Notes under the pieces: generated by a model
Database searches by the model: none
Told to the model about the DNA's origin: nothing
Seen by the model: only the letters and a program-made list of their open reading frames with translations
Source: Bacilli bacterium
Lineage (GTDB): Bacteria; Bacillota_I; Bacilli_A; RFN20; CAG-826
Assembly (NCBI GenBank): GCA_045628045.1
Contig: JAZQOV010000006.1
Location: 16,116 to 80,115, forward strand
DNA length: 64,000 nucleotides
Reading direction: 5' to 3'
Translations under genes and position numbers: made by a program
In this document: one piece after another, positions 9,404 to 18,626 of the stretch
Position numbering within the stretch: the first letter of the stretch is position 1
Layout of the letters: each line of letters opens with the position of its first letter

Positions 9404-9512
9404 AACTTTTATATTATATAACTTTCTAACTTTTGTTTAAACGAAAGTTAATTCTTGATATTTTAAAATAAAAAAACAGATCCCGTTAAGAACCTGTATT
9501 TTTGTTATTTTT

Positions 9513-12011
9513 TTATAGATATGAGTAACTTAGAAGGAAGTTACGCCAATTGGTAAAGTTTGTGTTACTTGTTGTATAGGAACTGCCCATATAATAAGAT
9601 CCGTAATTTGCTTGAACATAAACACAAGCTAAACCATAAGCTTTTCCAGCACCTTTTTGAGCAACTGAATAAGCCACTAAATTACTAAAAGCATTAAGAA
9701 CTGCGTTTGTATAAGTACTTCCAGGATTATATGTTGAATGGGAAGCAATTTTTGTAATCATGTCTTTGACATCAAACAAGCAATAATATTCTTGGCTATC
9801 ATCAGAATCTACAGCAAATTGTTTAACAGATGTGCTCATCCAAGCTGCAAAAGTTGAATATGAAACTGACTTGCTTTTAAGTTGCGTTGACATTGCTGTA
9901 GCAAAGCTTTCAAAGGCAGTTTTATATTCGCTCATATAGCTAAGATCTAAATAAGATAATGTTTGATCACTAAAACTTGAAGAAGCGCCACCATTATCAC
10001 TAATAAATCCGTCAACAATTGCCTTTAAGATTGTTGTGGTTTCTTTTTTGGCATACAAATCATCAATCCAGGTATTGTAATCCCAACCTTCGCCAACTTC
10101 TGATTCTTCAGAAGCAATCATGTAATTAAAGTAGTTTGAATTATATTCAGCAATATCTTGAACTTGCATTAAACAACAATCATAGCCGATAAATTCAAGT
10201 TTTGATGTTGAAGTGGCATTAAATGCATTGGTTAAAGCGGTTTTTGTTTCAGAATTGGTAAGAGAATCATCATTCTTTCTTTGGTCGTAGCAACAACCAA
10301 ACATGCCTCCACCATGATTCCATAAAATGACGCCTGTTTTATCAGCAGGATATTCAGTTAAGCCCCATTGTAAGAAGCTTTGGAATGTTGACGAAGAACC
10401 CATGCTTGCGTAAGTTAAAGTATTATCAAGAACAAGTTTCTTGTTCTCAACATGCCATCTAGAAAGTTTAGAAGCATCAATACTTGTGGCTCCAGAAAGA
10501 TATGAAGAAGATAATGACCAAGAATATGATCCACCTGTCTCAACAATGATATTTACATCATCTGGTTGATTGTTGACAGATAAAATTTCTTTTAAATCTG
10601 AGGTTGCTAAAGAATTTTCATCTTCAAGATCGCTTCCACACATATAAATCATGACGGTCCAAGCGTTTTTGCCTTTTGCTGTGACAGTTACAGTGCATTT
10701 TGCAGTAAATCCACCATCTTCAGTTTTAACCGTAATGTCAGTAGTTCCTTCTGTTAAACCTTTGACAACACCTGATGATACTGAAGCAACAGCAGGTTTG
10801 CTTGATGACCAAGTAACATTTTTGTTTGTTGCGTTAGATGGTGAAATAGTAGGAGTTAAAGTAACTGAGCTTCCTACTTTTACTTCTTGAGTACTTGGAA
10901 GAGTAACACCAGTAACTGCAGTTGGTTTTGATTTAACTTCAATTGTAATTGTGGTTTTTACAGTTTTGTAAGTAATTGTAAGAGTCTTATATCCAACAAG
11001 AGTTGTGTAAATTGTACTAAAAGTACAAGAAGAAGTTACAATAGATGTTGTTTTGTCACTATAAGTAGCTGTAACAACGCCATCAAAAGTATAAGTATCA
11101 CCTTTAAAACACCAGTCTGTATAGCCGCTTGCACTAATGGAAACTAATGTGGCAGCTGGTTGTTCATTTACAGTGATAGTAATTGTAGTAGAAACACCAT
11201 TATAACTAATAGTTAAAGTTTTATTTCCGGCTAAATACGTGCTTATTGAGCCAATTGAGGCAGATGAAGTAACATCAGCAGTCGATCCGTCGCTATAATT
11301 TGCAATAACTTTACCATTAAAAGTATAAGCATCGCCCACATAACAAGTTGATGTGTAATTAGTTGCGGTAATTGAAACAAGATTTACAGGTTTTTTAACA
11401 TTAACTGTACATGTGTCTAACTTTGATCCAACTTTCGCTGTAATAACACCAGTTCCATAACCAACAGCTTTAACTAAACCATCATCAATTGTTACAACGG
11501 AAGAGTTGCTTGTGTACCAAGTGACATAATCTTTAGAAATTGAACTTGGTAAAATTGATACTGATAATGTTGCAGTATCATTTAAATTTAAATCTAAAGA
11601 ATGCTTACTTAATACAACAGATGTAGCTTCTATATTTCTTACAGAAATATTGTATGAAATTGCTTCTGCTTTTTCGTGTGAAATATTAACTTTGTAAGTG
11701 CCAGAAGTTTCAAATGCTTTTGTACCAGAAAAAGATTTTCCTTCTGGAGTAATCAAAGAATAAGTAAATTCGCTTTTATCAATATGGTTTTCTGTAGAAT
11801 TTTTATCGACAAAATAAACAGATAAACCACCATTGTCGATGAATGAATCAAATACATCACCGACAACATAATTATCTTTTTTGCTATCTTGATATTTTAA
11901 AGTGCCGTTTGTATTGGTTTCCTCAATAATGGAGCTTATAAAAGAACATCCGGTTAAACTTAAGGATGTTGAGAGTATAAATAATGATGATAAAAGCTTA
12001 CATTTTTTCAT
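9513..12011 (-). CDS. Surface lipoprotein: Big_2/Ig-like repeats fused to a clostripain-like (C11) cysteine peptidase domain
   Basis: 832 aa with lipobox LSLTG-C. Two Big_2-like segments flank two tandem ~75-aa repeats (VSITATNYTSTCYVGDAYTFNG... and VSISASGYTDWCFKGDTYTFDG...). The C-terminal domain has WTVMIYMCGSDLE, the His block ILWNHGGG and the Cys block GYDCCLMQ. Confidence 0.7.
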   Translation of the reverse strand: MKKCKLLSSLFILSTSLSLTGCSFISSIIEETNTNGTLKYQDSKKDNYVVGDVFDSFIDNGGLSVYFVDKNSTENHIDKSEFTYSLITPEGKSFSGTKAFETSGTYKVNISHEKAEAISYNISVRNIEATSVVLSKHSLDLNLNDTATLSVSILPSSISKDYVTWYTSNSSVVTIDDGLVKAVGYGTGVITAKVGSKLDTCTVNVKKPVNLVSITATNYTSTCYVGDAYTFNGKVIANYSDGSTADVTSSASIGSISTYLAGNKTLTISYNGVSTTITITVNEQPAATLVSISASGYTDWCFKGDTYTFDGVVTATYSDKTTSIVTSSCTFSTIYTTLVGYKTLTITYKTVKTTITIEVKSKPTAVTGVTLPSTQEVKVGSSVTLTPTISPSNATNKNVTWSSSKPAVASVSSGVVKGLTEGTTDITVKTEDGGFTAKCTVTVTAKGKNAWTVMIYMCGSDLEDENSLATSDLKEILSVNNQPDDVNIIVETGGSYSWSLSSSYLSGATSIDASKLSRWHVENKKLVLDNTLTYASMGSSSTFQSFLQWGLTEYPADKTGVILWNHGGGMFGCCYDQRKNDDSLTNSETKTALTNAFNATSTSKLEFIGYDCCLMQVQDIAEYNSNYFNYMIASEESEVGEGWDYNTWIDDLYAKKETTTILKAIVDGFISDNGGASSSFSDQTLSYLDLSYMSEYKTAFESFATAMSTQLKSKSVSYSTFAAWMSTSVKQFAVDSDDSQEYYCLFDVKDMITKIASHSTYNPGSTYTNAVLNAFSNLVAYSVAQKGAGKAYGLACVYVQANYGSYYMGSSYTTSNTNFTNWRNFLLSYSYL

Positions 12012-12050
12012 GTTTTTTATTTTATTCTATTTTATATAATTAATCAAATA

Positions 12051-12839
12051 TTATTTGATTTTAATATAAGCTTCTCTAAATGATTGAACAATTGCGGCTC
12101 TTATGGAATAGCCAAGAGTTGTGAAAGAACCATAATTCTCGACACGACCTAAATCTGTAGCCATGTAAGAAATACCAAGCATTTCAATATTGTATAGATT
12201 TGCAGCGTCAACAAGACGTATTGAATAAGGCATGCTTGCATTATAGTTGTACTTATTTAGTCCATCTCTCGACATTCCACCAATAAATATATTTTGGTTT
12301 ACATTGTTTGCTTTATAATTGATTTCCAATAAAACTTCTTTGTAATGATAAGGCACAAATATCGTTTTTGTGCTATTAGTTGCCTCAATTGGAAGCATTT
12401 TAATTCCTAAGTCTACATCTAATTCAGAAGCGTTTTCTTCCAAAACATAAACATCCATAGGAACAGGCATCCAATTAGCGTAAATTGTTGAATAATTATC
12501 CAAAACAGTTGTTTCTGTTTCACTTAAAAGATGTTCTCCTTTTTGATCAGTGCTAAAACCTTTAAAAATATAACCTTCTCTTTTTGGAACCATTAATGAA
12601 TATCTTGAATAAACATTAACCTCGAGCTTTGTTTCATCAGAATAATCTTTGACTTGTGTTAAACGAGGATTACTTCCGTCATTTAAATCAATGTAAACAT
12701 ATCTTGGCTTTGTGTTTAACATGATGTTATGTTCATCAATATTCAGAAGTGTTTGTTGATTAACAATATCTTCTTTTTTGCAACCTACTAATAATGTAGA
12801 GATTGCAAGAACGGCTGAGAAAATTACTGTTTTTTTCAT
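12051..12839 (-). CDS. Putative lipoprotein, function unknown
   Basis: 262-aa ORF with lipobox LLVG-C. Confidence 0.5.
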   Translation of the reverse strand: MKKTVIFSAVLAISTLLVGCKKEDIVNQQTLLNIDEHNIMLNTKPRYVYIDLNDGSNPRLTQVKDYSDETKLEVNVYSRYSLMVPKREGYIFKGFSTDQKGEHLLSETETTVLDNYSTIYANWMPVPMDVYVLEENASELDVDLGIKMLPIEATNSTKTIFVPYHYKEVLLEINYKANNVNQNIFIGGMSRDGLNKYNYNASMPYSIRLVDAANLYNIEMLGISYMATDLGRVENYGSFTTLGYSIRAAIVQSFREAYIKIK

Positions 12840-12923
12840 ATATTTTCCTCTTTCAACATAAAAAATAACTGCGTTTATATTTTAAACAAAATTTGTTTTA
12901 AATAAAAGATAAAATTATCTTTT

Positions 12924-13556
12924 TCACTTATTATTTTCTTTAATTAAAAAATCTTTTACTTCATCTAAATTTAAATTGGTTAAAACTGGAATAAGTTTAT
13001 TAATTTCATCGACTGGTTTATCCCACCATTTGAAGTTTTCTAATAAATCAATAAGTTCATCATCAAATCTTTTTCTTATAACTTTAGCAGGGTTTCCGCC
13101 AACAATTGTGTATGGTTCAACATCTTTAGTTACTACTGAGCACGCTCCAATAATTGCGCCATCGCCAATATGAACCCCTGGAAGAATTGTAACTTTTTCA
13201 CCGATCCAAACATCATTTCCAACAACAGTATCGCCTTTATAAGGGCAATCCTTATCTGCTGGACGCTTTGCGTCCCATCCTGGAATAGTGAAAAATGGAT
13301 AAGTAGAAACAGCATTTAATTGGTGATTGCATTCATTCATCATAAATTCAACTCCAAATGCGATTTGAACAAACTTTCCAATAATAAGTTTATCTTTACT
13401 CCACGGATAAAAATGAGTCACGTGAGATTCAAAATCTTGATCTGCAAAATATGAGAAATCTCCAACAATAATATTTGGGTTTTTAATTGTTGGTTTTATG
13501 TATGTTTGTTTGTCATATCCTGGTATAGGAAATACTAGGTTTGGATTTGGTTTCAT
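12924..13556 (-). CDS. vat: Vat-family xenobiotic (streptogramin A type) O-acetyltransferase
   Basis: 210 aa. Left-handed beta-helix hexapeptide repeats ([42 protein letters not shown]) and a C-terminal KWWDKP block, with the length and layout of Vat(A-E)/SatA. Confidence 0.85.
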   Translation of the reverse strand: MKPNPNLVFPIPGYDKQTYIKPTIKNPNIIVGDFSYFADQDFESHVTHFYPWSKDKLIIGKFVQIAFGVEFMMNECNHQLNAVSTYPFFTIPGWDAKRPADKDCPYKGDTVVGNDVWIGEKVTILPGVHIGDGAIIGACSVVTKDVEPYTIVGGNPAKVIRKRFDDELIDLLENFKWWDKPVDEINKLIPVLTNLNLDEVKDFLIKENNK

Positions 13557-13676
13557 GTTTATATGATAACATTTTTATTACAAATAAACACCCATTCAGA
13601 TATCTTAATGTCAATCAGGCCAGCCTAATTAAGGAAACTGCTTATTTGCTTATGTTCAACATATTAAATTTTAAAC

Positions 13677-13760
13677 GGTTACATTATGTAACCACTTCAA
13701 TAAACCATTAAACGGTGACAATTTGTCACCAATTGAATCAGTTGGTTACTTTTTGTAACC
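13677..13760. promoter_or_regulatory. Three 17-bp palindromes GGT(T/G)AC-N5-GT(A/C)ACC (candidate operators) upstream of vat
   Basis: GGTTACATTATGTAACC at 13677-13693, GGTGACAATTTGTCACC at 13714-13730 and GGTTACTTTTTGTAACC at 13744-13760. Each has perfect 6-bp arms. Confidence 0.45.
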
Positions 13761-13772
13761 ATCTCAATATAT

Positions 13773-13799
13773 AAAAAAACAGGCTTGTATCAAACCTGT
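13773..13799 (-). terminator. Rho-independent terminator downstream of the XRE-TM gene
   Basis: Minus strand reads ACAGG-TTTGATACAAG-CCTGT followed by TTTTTTT. Confidence 0.5.
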
Positions 13800-13947
13800 T
13801 GTTTACATCTGGGTTTGTGAACCAATTTTGATACAAAAACTCAAATTGACTCAATTCACGCAATTAAATTTTAGCACATTTTTTATACTTTGTGATTTTG
13901 CACCTTCCTTTTTAAAATAAAGTTTATTTGATAGTCACAAAAAATTG

Positions 13948-14592
13948 TTAGACAAGCTTTGCTTCAAAATCAACTCGACAATCTAAAACAAATGACAAAA
14001 CAGCAAATATTAAAGCAATTGCAGTTATTATCAAAAATGAGATGAAAAGATATCTTTTAATTTTGAATCTAAATAACGACAAAACCCCTAACACTATTGA
14101 TAAAGAAACAAGAGGGATTGCAGCGTATATTAATCCATAACAATGCAGATTAACTATACTTCTAAATCCATATTCAACATGTGAAGTAGGGTAGCAGATT
14201 GTTTCGCCAGTTGGTTCATAATAAGAACAATTATTGCTATGCCAATTAACAACATTTCTCAAAGGCACATAATACATCGGAACGAAAAATAATATTAAAG
14301 TAGTTGCTAAAATTGAGATCAACACAATAGTGAAAACGTAATTGATTCTCTCCTTTTTTATATCTTTGTCATCTCTTAAATCTTTGATGTCTACTCCGAA
14401 GTAGAGTGCTAAAGCTTTAAGAGTATCTTCACTCGGTTTTCCGCCACCATTTTCGTATTTAGCAATTGCGCTTCTAGAAACGTGAACAGCGTCCGCTAAG
14501 GCCTCTTGAGAAAGGCCCTCTTCAATTCTAAGTTTTTTAAGTTTATCTTTGAACTCCATAATTCGACCAACTATATTGTAACTGATTTTCAT
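13948..14592 (-). CDS. XRE-family HTH regulator fused to a C-terminal multi-TM domain
   Basis: 214-aa ORF. LRIEEGLSQEALADAVHVSRSAIAKYENG is the HTH, followed by 4 hydrophobic segments. The in-frame ATG at 14556 (MEFKDKL) is an alternative start. Confidence 0.7.
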   Translation of the reverse strand: MKISYNIVGRIMEFKDKLKKLRIEEGLSQEALADAVHVSRSAIAKYENGGGKPSEDTLKALALYFGVDIKDLRDDKDIKKERINYVFTIVLISILATTLILFFVPMYYVPLRNVVNWHSNNCSYYEPTGETICYPTSHVEYGFRSIVNLHCYGLIYAAIPLVSLSIVLGVLSLFRFKIKRYLFISFLIITAIALIFAVLSFVLDCRVDFEAKLV

Positions 14593-14884
14593 AAAAATAA
14601 TTGTTACTTATTGTTACTTCGGTTAAAGTCATACAATATTGTCTTATAAAAATTCTATTCATCTTTTATATAATCCATTATTAATAAACTGAAACAAGTT
14701 GATATGACTTGATACGCGATTAATTTGATTATTTTAGAATATATTTAAAACCTCATAATTTTTTGCCTTTATAAATAGCTCAAGCATTCCGAAATGTTAA
14801 AAATATAATAAAAAACACCCATTTTTAGGGCATTTTCTATGAATTCCACCTTTGATTCATTGTATCAAAGTATGTCTTCTAATC

Positions 14885-14958
14885 TGGTGCCTCCACGCAG
14901 AATCGAACTACGGATTGATCCTTACCATGGATCCGTTATACCATTTAACTATGGAGGC
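14885..14958 (-). tRNA. tRNA-Thr (GGT)
   Basis: Reverse complement GCCTCCATAGTTAAATGGTATAACGGATCCATGGTAAGGATCAATCCGTAGTTCGATTCTGCGTGGAGGCACCA. Anticodon stem GATCC/GGATC, loop ATGGTAA, T-loop TTCGATT. Confidence 0.85.
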
Positions 14959-14988
14959 AACGCGATAATTATATATATAAATGTTTAG

Positions 14989-16284
14989 TTATTCAACAAA
15001 TTCTCCAAATAAATCATAAATATAAGCATTAGTAATTTTTACTTTAACAATATCGCCAATTTTGTGTTCTTTATTAGAAACAAACGAAATCTTTCCATCG
15101 ATATCATCTGGAGCATTCCAATACGAACGAAGTCCATAGACCTTATTTGTTTTGTTGTATTCCACCACAATTCCTTCCATAACTTTACCAATTCTAGCCT
15201 TGTTATTTTGGTAAGAAATTTTCTTTTGAACATCCATAATTTTACCAAGTCTAGCCTTCTTAAGTGATTCAGGAATTTGATTCTTGTAATCGTAAGCTTT
15301 TGTGCCATCTTCTCTTGAATATGCAAAAGCTCCCATATGATCAAATTTATTCTTTTTTGTAAAGGAAACAAGATTCACAAAATCATCATCACTTTCACCT
15401 GGAAAACCTAGTATGTAGGTTGTTCTTAATATTGCGTGAGGTATTTTTGTTTTGATTTCATCGATCAAATTTTGGTAAGTCTCGTTTGTGCCACGTCTTA
15501 ACATTCCTTTTAAAACTGCGTCACTTGAGTGTTGGAAAGGAATGTCAAAATAAGGTGCGATTCTTGGATTTTCTTTAATTAAATCAATAAGTTCGCTTGT
15601 GATTTCATCTGGGTAAAGATAAAGCAAACGAATCGAATAAAATTCTTTAATTTTTAAGAGTTCTTTTAATAAATCGACGATTGTCTTTTTATCTTTAAAA
15701 TCACTTCCGTATCTTGTTGTGTCTTGAGAAATAAGCACCAATTCCTTAATGTCGTTTTCGGCTAATGATTTAGCTTCTTTTAAAACGTCTTCAAAAGGTC
15801 TAGATCTAAAAGAACCTCTAATTAAAGGAATTGCACAATAGGCACAACAATTATTGCATCCTTCGCTTACGCGAAGATAAGCCATATAACTTGGTGTAGA
15901 AAGCATTCTTACAAAAGGATTAAGCTCCATTACTTTTACTTTTTTGTCAAATAAAGACTCAATCTTTTCAGAAAAATGAGAATATTCTCTAATTGGAATC
16001 CATAAACTTACTTCTGGAATGGATGCTTTAAGTTCATCTAGGTAACGTTCGACAAGGCAACCAGTTACAACAACTTTTTTGCCTGTTTTGCAAACATGTA
16101 AAATGTTAGCAATTGATTCTTCTTTACTTGCTTCAATAAATCCACAAGTATTTACAATAACTACATCACTATCTTCAATTGTATTTACAATCTCAAACTT
16201 TGAATTTGCAAGTGCACCTAAAATAATCTCGCTATCAACGAGGTTTTTGCTACACCCTAAAGAAATAAGTCCGACTTTTATCAT
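14989..16284 (-). CDS. rimO: Ribosomal protein S12 methylthiotransferase RimO (radical SAM)
   Basis: N-terminus MIKVGLISLGCSKNLVDSE, radical-SAM CNNCCAYC, C-terminal TRAM-like domain. The ORF-track start (16314) runs through the upstream terminator hairpin, so ATG 16284 is preferred. Confidence 0.85.
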   Translation of the reverse strand: MIKVGLISLGCSKNLVDSEIILGALANSKFEIVNTIEDSDVVIVNTCGFIEASKEESIANILHVCKTGKKVVVTGCLVERYLDELKASIPEVSLWIPIREYSHFSEKIESLFDKKVKVMELNPFVRMLSTPSYMAYLRVSEGCNNCCAYCAIPLIRGSFRSRPFEDVLKEAKSLAENDIKELVLISQDTTRYGSDFKDKKTIVDLLKELLKIKEFYSIRLLYLYPDEITSELIDLIKENPRIAPYFDIPFQHSSDAVLKGMLRRGTNETYQNLIDEIKTKIPHAILRTTYILGFPGESDDDFVNLVSFTKKNKFDHMGAFAYSREDGTKAYDYKNQIPESLKKARLGKIMDVQKKISYQNNKARIGKVMEGIVVEYNKTNKVYGLRSYWNAPDDIDGKISFVSNKEHKIGDIVKVKITNAYIYDLFGEFVE

Positions 16285-16295
16285 ATAAATAATAA

Positions 16296-16312
16296 GGGCC
16301 TCTATGAGGCCC
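16296..16312 (-). terminator. Terminator hairpin after the endonuclease gene
   Basis: Minus strand reads GGGCCTC-ATA-GAGGCCC followed by TTATTATTT. Confidence 0.55.
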
Positions 16313-16317
16313 ATTAA

Positions 16318-17310
16318 TTAACTTTTAAGTACTCTTTCAACAAGATCTGGATGATCAACGAATGGATTTCTGTTTCCTTGAATCTTTTGAACAGTATCAT
16401 TACGAAGTTTTTCAACTTGGCTAGGTGGATCAAGCTTATTCCAAGCAATTAATACTTCTCTTGCTCTTGTATCGCTATAACCGCCCATAATATCTGAGAA
16501 TTCAAGATTTGCAGTCATGTCTGAATATTTATAAGTCAATGTTCCAGATTTAACTTGTCCTTCTGGTGTTGCACCTCTTTCATTATAGTGAACCCAAACA
16601 TAAAGGAGAATTCTTGCAATATCGCCTTTCATTTCATCAGCAGGTTCACATTTATTTGCGTATTGTGGAACGCCAGCATTAGTGAAGCTATGACCAGAGA
16701 TTTTTATTGAATATTTACCACCTTTTTCAGTGTATGAATAAATATCATTTGCATCTTTTTGTTCTGGATCGTCAAAATCAACAAATTTTGAGTTACCACG
16801 TGCGGTGTTAACATTACTATTTGATGTTCTTACGTGAAATAAATCACTACCACCACCAATATAATTGGTGCCATCAACATAGTTCTTATCAGTATTGGTT
16901 CCATCATGAGACCAAAGGTTATTTGAGTTTGCACATGGCCAAACGTGCTCACGTGTTCCATAACCACCTTGTTCTTTTCCTGTATAGAACCATTGATTTG
17001 TTTTTGAACCTTTTGCAATAGCTTCAACAGAATCATGAGATGAAGTTGTTGTGTAATAACTATTTACTTGGCTATATTTAACCCATTGAGTGTGCTTGTC
17101 GAAACATAATTTTTGAAGTTCGTTTGCAAGACGACCACCTTTTTTGGTTAAATCGTATCCAGAATAATAAGTACCAACTACTTTATCGTCAGTAATATAT
17201 TCTGTATCTTTGGTTCCAATTTTAATAAAACCAAGATCAATATAGCAGCTTGATAAAGCAATGCTGCCAAGTGTTAGCAATGATAACAATGAGAATTTTT
17301 TGAATTTCAT
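16318..17310 (-). CDS. Endonuclease I-family extracellular nuclease, lipoprotein
   Basis: Lipobox ALSS-C. The blocks REHVWPCANSN and GNRNPFVDHPDL are characteristic of Endonuclease_1. AGGAGA lies 7 nt before ATG 17310; the ORF track starts at 17337. Confidence 0.75.
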   Translation of the reverse strand: MKFKKFSLLSLLTLGSIALSSCYIDLGFIKIGTKDTEYITDDKVVGTYYSGYDLTKKGGRLANELQKLCFDKHTQWVKYSQVNSYYTTTSSHDSVEAIAKGSKTNQWFYTGKEQGGYGTREHVWPCANSNNLWSHDGTNTDKNYVDGTNYIGGGSDLFHVRTSNSNVNTARGNSKFVDFDDPEQKDANDIYSYTEKGGKYSIKISGHSFTNAGVPQYANKCEPADEMKGDIARILLYVWVHYNERGATPEGQVKSGTLTYKYSDMTANLEFSDIMGGYSDTRAREVLIAWNKLDPPSQVEKLRNDTVQKIQGNRNPFVDHPDLVERVLKS

Positions 17311-17378
17311 AATTAATCTCCTAATTAAATTATACATATCAGCGGCTTTATTTACAAATAAAGTCTTAAATATATTTT

Positions 17379-18584
17379 TTATTTTAGAATTTGCACGTAA
17401 ATATTTTTGAAATCTCTTCGTGTAAATTCACGAGGAACTGGATAAAGAGGGTTTCCTTCTTTATAAGCATGCTCAAGCATTTCTAAAACATCTTCTTCCT
17501 TATATTCAATATCAAATTTTTCAGGAATGTTCATGTCCTTATTCATTTTTCTAATCCATGCAATAAACGCCTCAGCTTTAGCTTGTTTTGATGCATTTCT
17601 TTCACACAGTGAAAGTTCATCAGATAAAATTGCTAAACGCTTGTAACAAGATGAGCCAAATGCTTCCAACACGTATGGCAAAATAATTGCATTGGCAAGT
17701 CCATGTGGAACATTATATTTTCCACCTAATGAGTGTGCAATCGCATGAACATAACCTACGTATGCTCTTGTGAATGCAACGCCTGCTAAAAATGATGCTT
17801 TTTGCATATTGCTTCGATAAGTTAAATTTGCACCATCTTTATACGAAAGATATAGGTTTTCCTTGATAAGTTTAACTGCTTCAATTGCAGCTTTCTTTGT
17901 ATTCTTAGTATTTGCGTGACCAATAAATGCCTCAACTGCATGAGTTAAAGCATCCATTCCTGTTGTACTTGTAATATGAGGAGGAAGTCCTTTTAAAAGC
18001 GTTGGATCAAGAAGTGCATATTTTGGAATTAAATGTGGATCATTAATCGCATATTTAAATCTAGTTTTTTCATTCACAATAACAGCAGCTAAAGTTGTTT
18101 CACTTCCCGTGCCCGCAGTTGTTGGAACTGCAATCATGAAAGGCAAAGCCTTTCCAACATGCAAAATTCCTTTCATTTGTTCAACTGTTTTCTTTGGTCT
18201 AACAACAAGCGCTCCAACCATTTTTGCAGTGTCCATAGCAGAGCCACCACCCACAGCAATTATTGAATCACAATTATTGTCTTTAAAAACTTTCAAACCT
18301 TTTTTTACATTTTGAATTGTTGGATTGGCGACAACATCATGATAATAACCATATCTAAGTCCAGCATTATCAAGTGCTTCAAATAAAGGTTTTAATAAGC
18401 CTAATGAATGAATTCCATTATCTGTTACAACTAAAGGTCTAGAAAGTCCTTTTTCCTTTAATAATAATGGGGCTTTTTTAATCGCACCTTCTTCGCTTAT
18501 AGTCTTTGGAGATTTTATTCCTAAAAAGTAAGACGCTAAACGAAGTGATTGTTGATAACCTCTATAAAATAAGTTTTTAAACAT
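17379..18584 (-). CDS. Iron-containing (group III) alcohol dehydrogenase
   Basis: 401 aa. GGGSAMDTAK, the VPTTAGTGSE glycine-rich NAD block and the histidines in HAIAHSLGGKYNVPHG are typical of Fe-ADH. Confidence 0.85.
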   Translation of the reverse strand: MFKNLFYRGYQQSLRLASYFLGIKSPKTISEEGAIKKAPLLLKEKGLSRPLVVTDNGIHSLGLLKPLFEALDNAGLRYGYYHDVVANPTIQNVKKGLKVFKDNNCDSIIAVGGGSAMDTAKMVGALVVRPKKTVEQMKGILHVGKALPFMIAVPTTAGTGSETTLAAVIVNEKTRFKYAINDPHLIPKYALLDPTLLKGLPPHITSTTGMDALTHAVEAFIGHANTKNTKKAAIEAVKLIKENLYLSYKDGANLTYRSNMQKASFLAGVAFTRAYVGYVHAIAHSLGGKYNVPHGLANAIILPYVLEAFGSSCYKRLAILSDELSLCERNASKQAKAEAFIAWIRKMNKDMNIPEKFDIEYKEEDVLEMLEHAYKEGNPLYPVPREFTRRDFKNIYVQILK

Positions 18585-18604
18585 ATGTAACTCCTTTGTT
18601 TATG

Positions 18605-18626
18605 AAAAAAAGCACATTAATGTGCT
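18605..18626 (-). terminator. Terminator overlapping the oppF stop codon
   Basis: Minus strand reads AGCACA-TTAA-TGTGCT followed by TTTTTTT. The stem includes the last oppF codons. Confidence 0.6.

Noticed and set aside
16285-16314. The N-terminal extension of RimO in the ORF track (and similar extensions at 26089-26166, 35614-35685, 17311-17337, 48280-48297 and 55378-55419)
   Set aside because: The extensions run through an upstream terminator hairpin or the preceding gene, or use a TTG start without an RBS. Internal ATGs with a properly spaced GGAGG-type site, or conserved N-termini, fit better.
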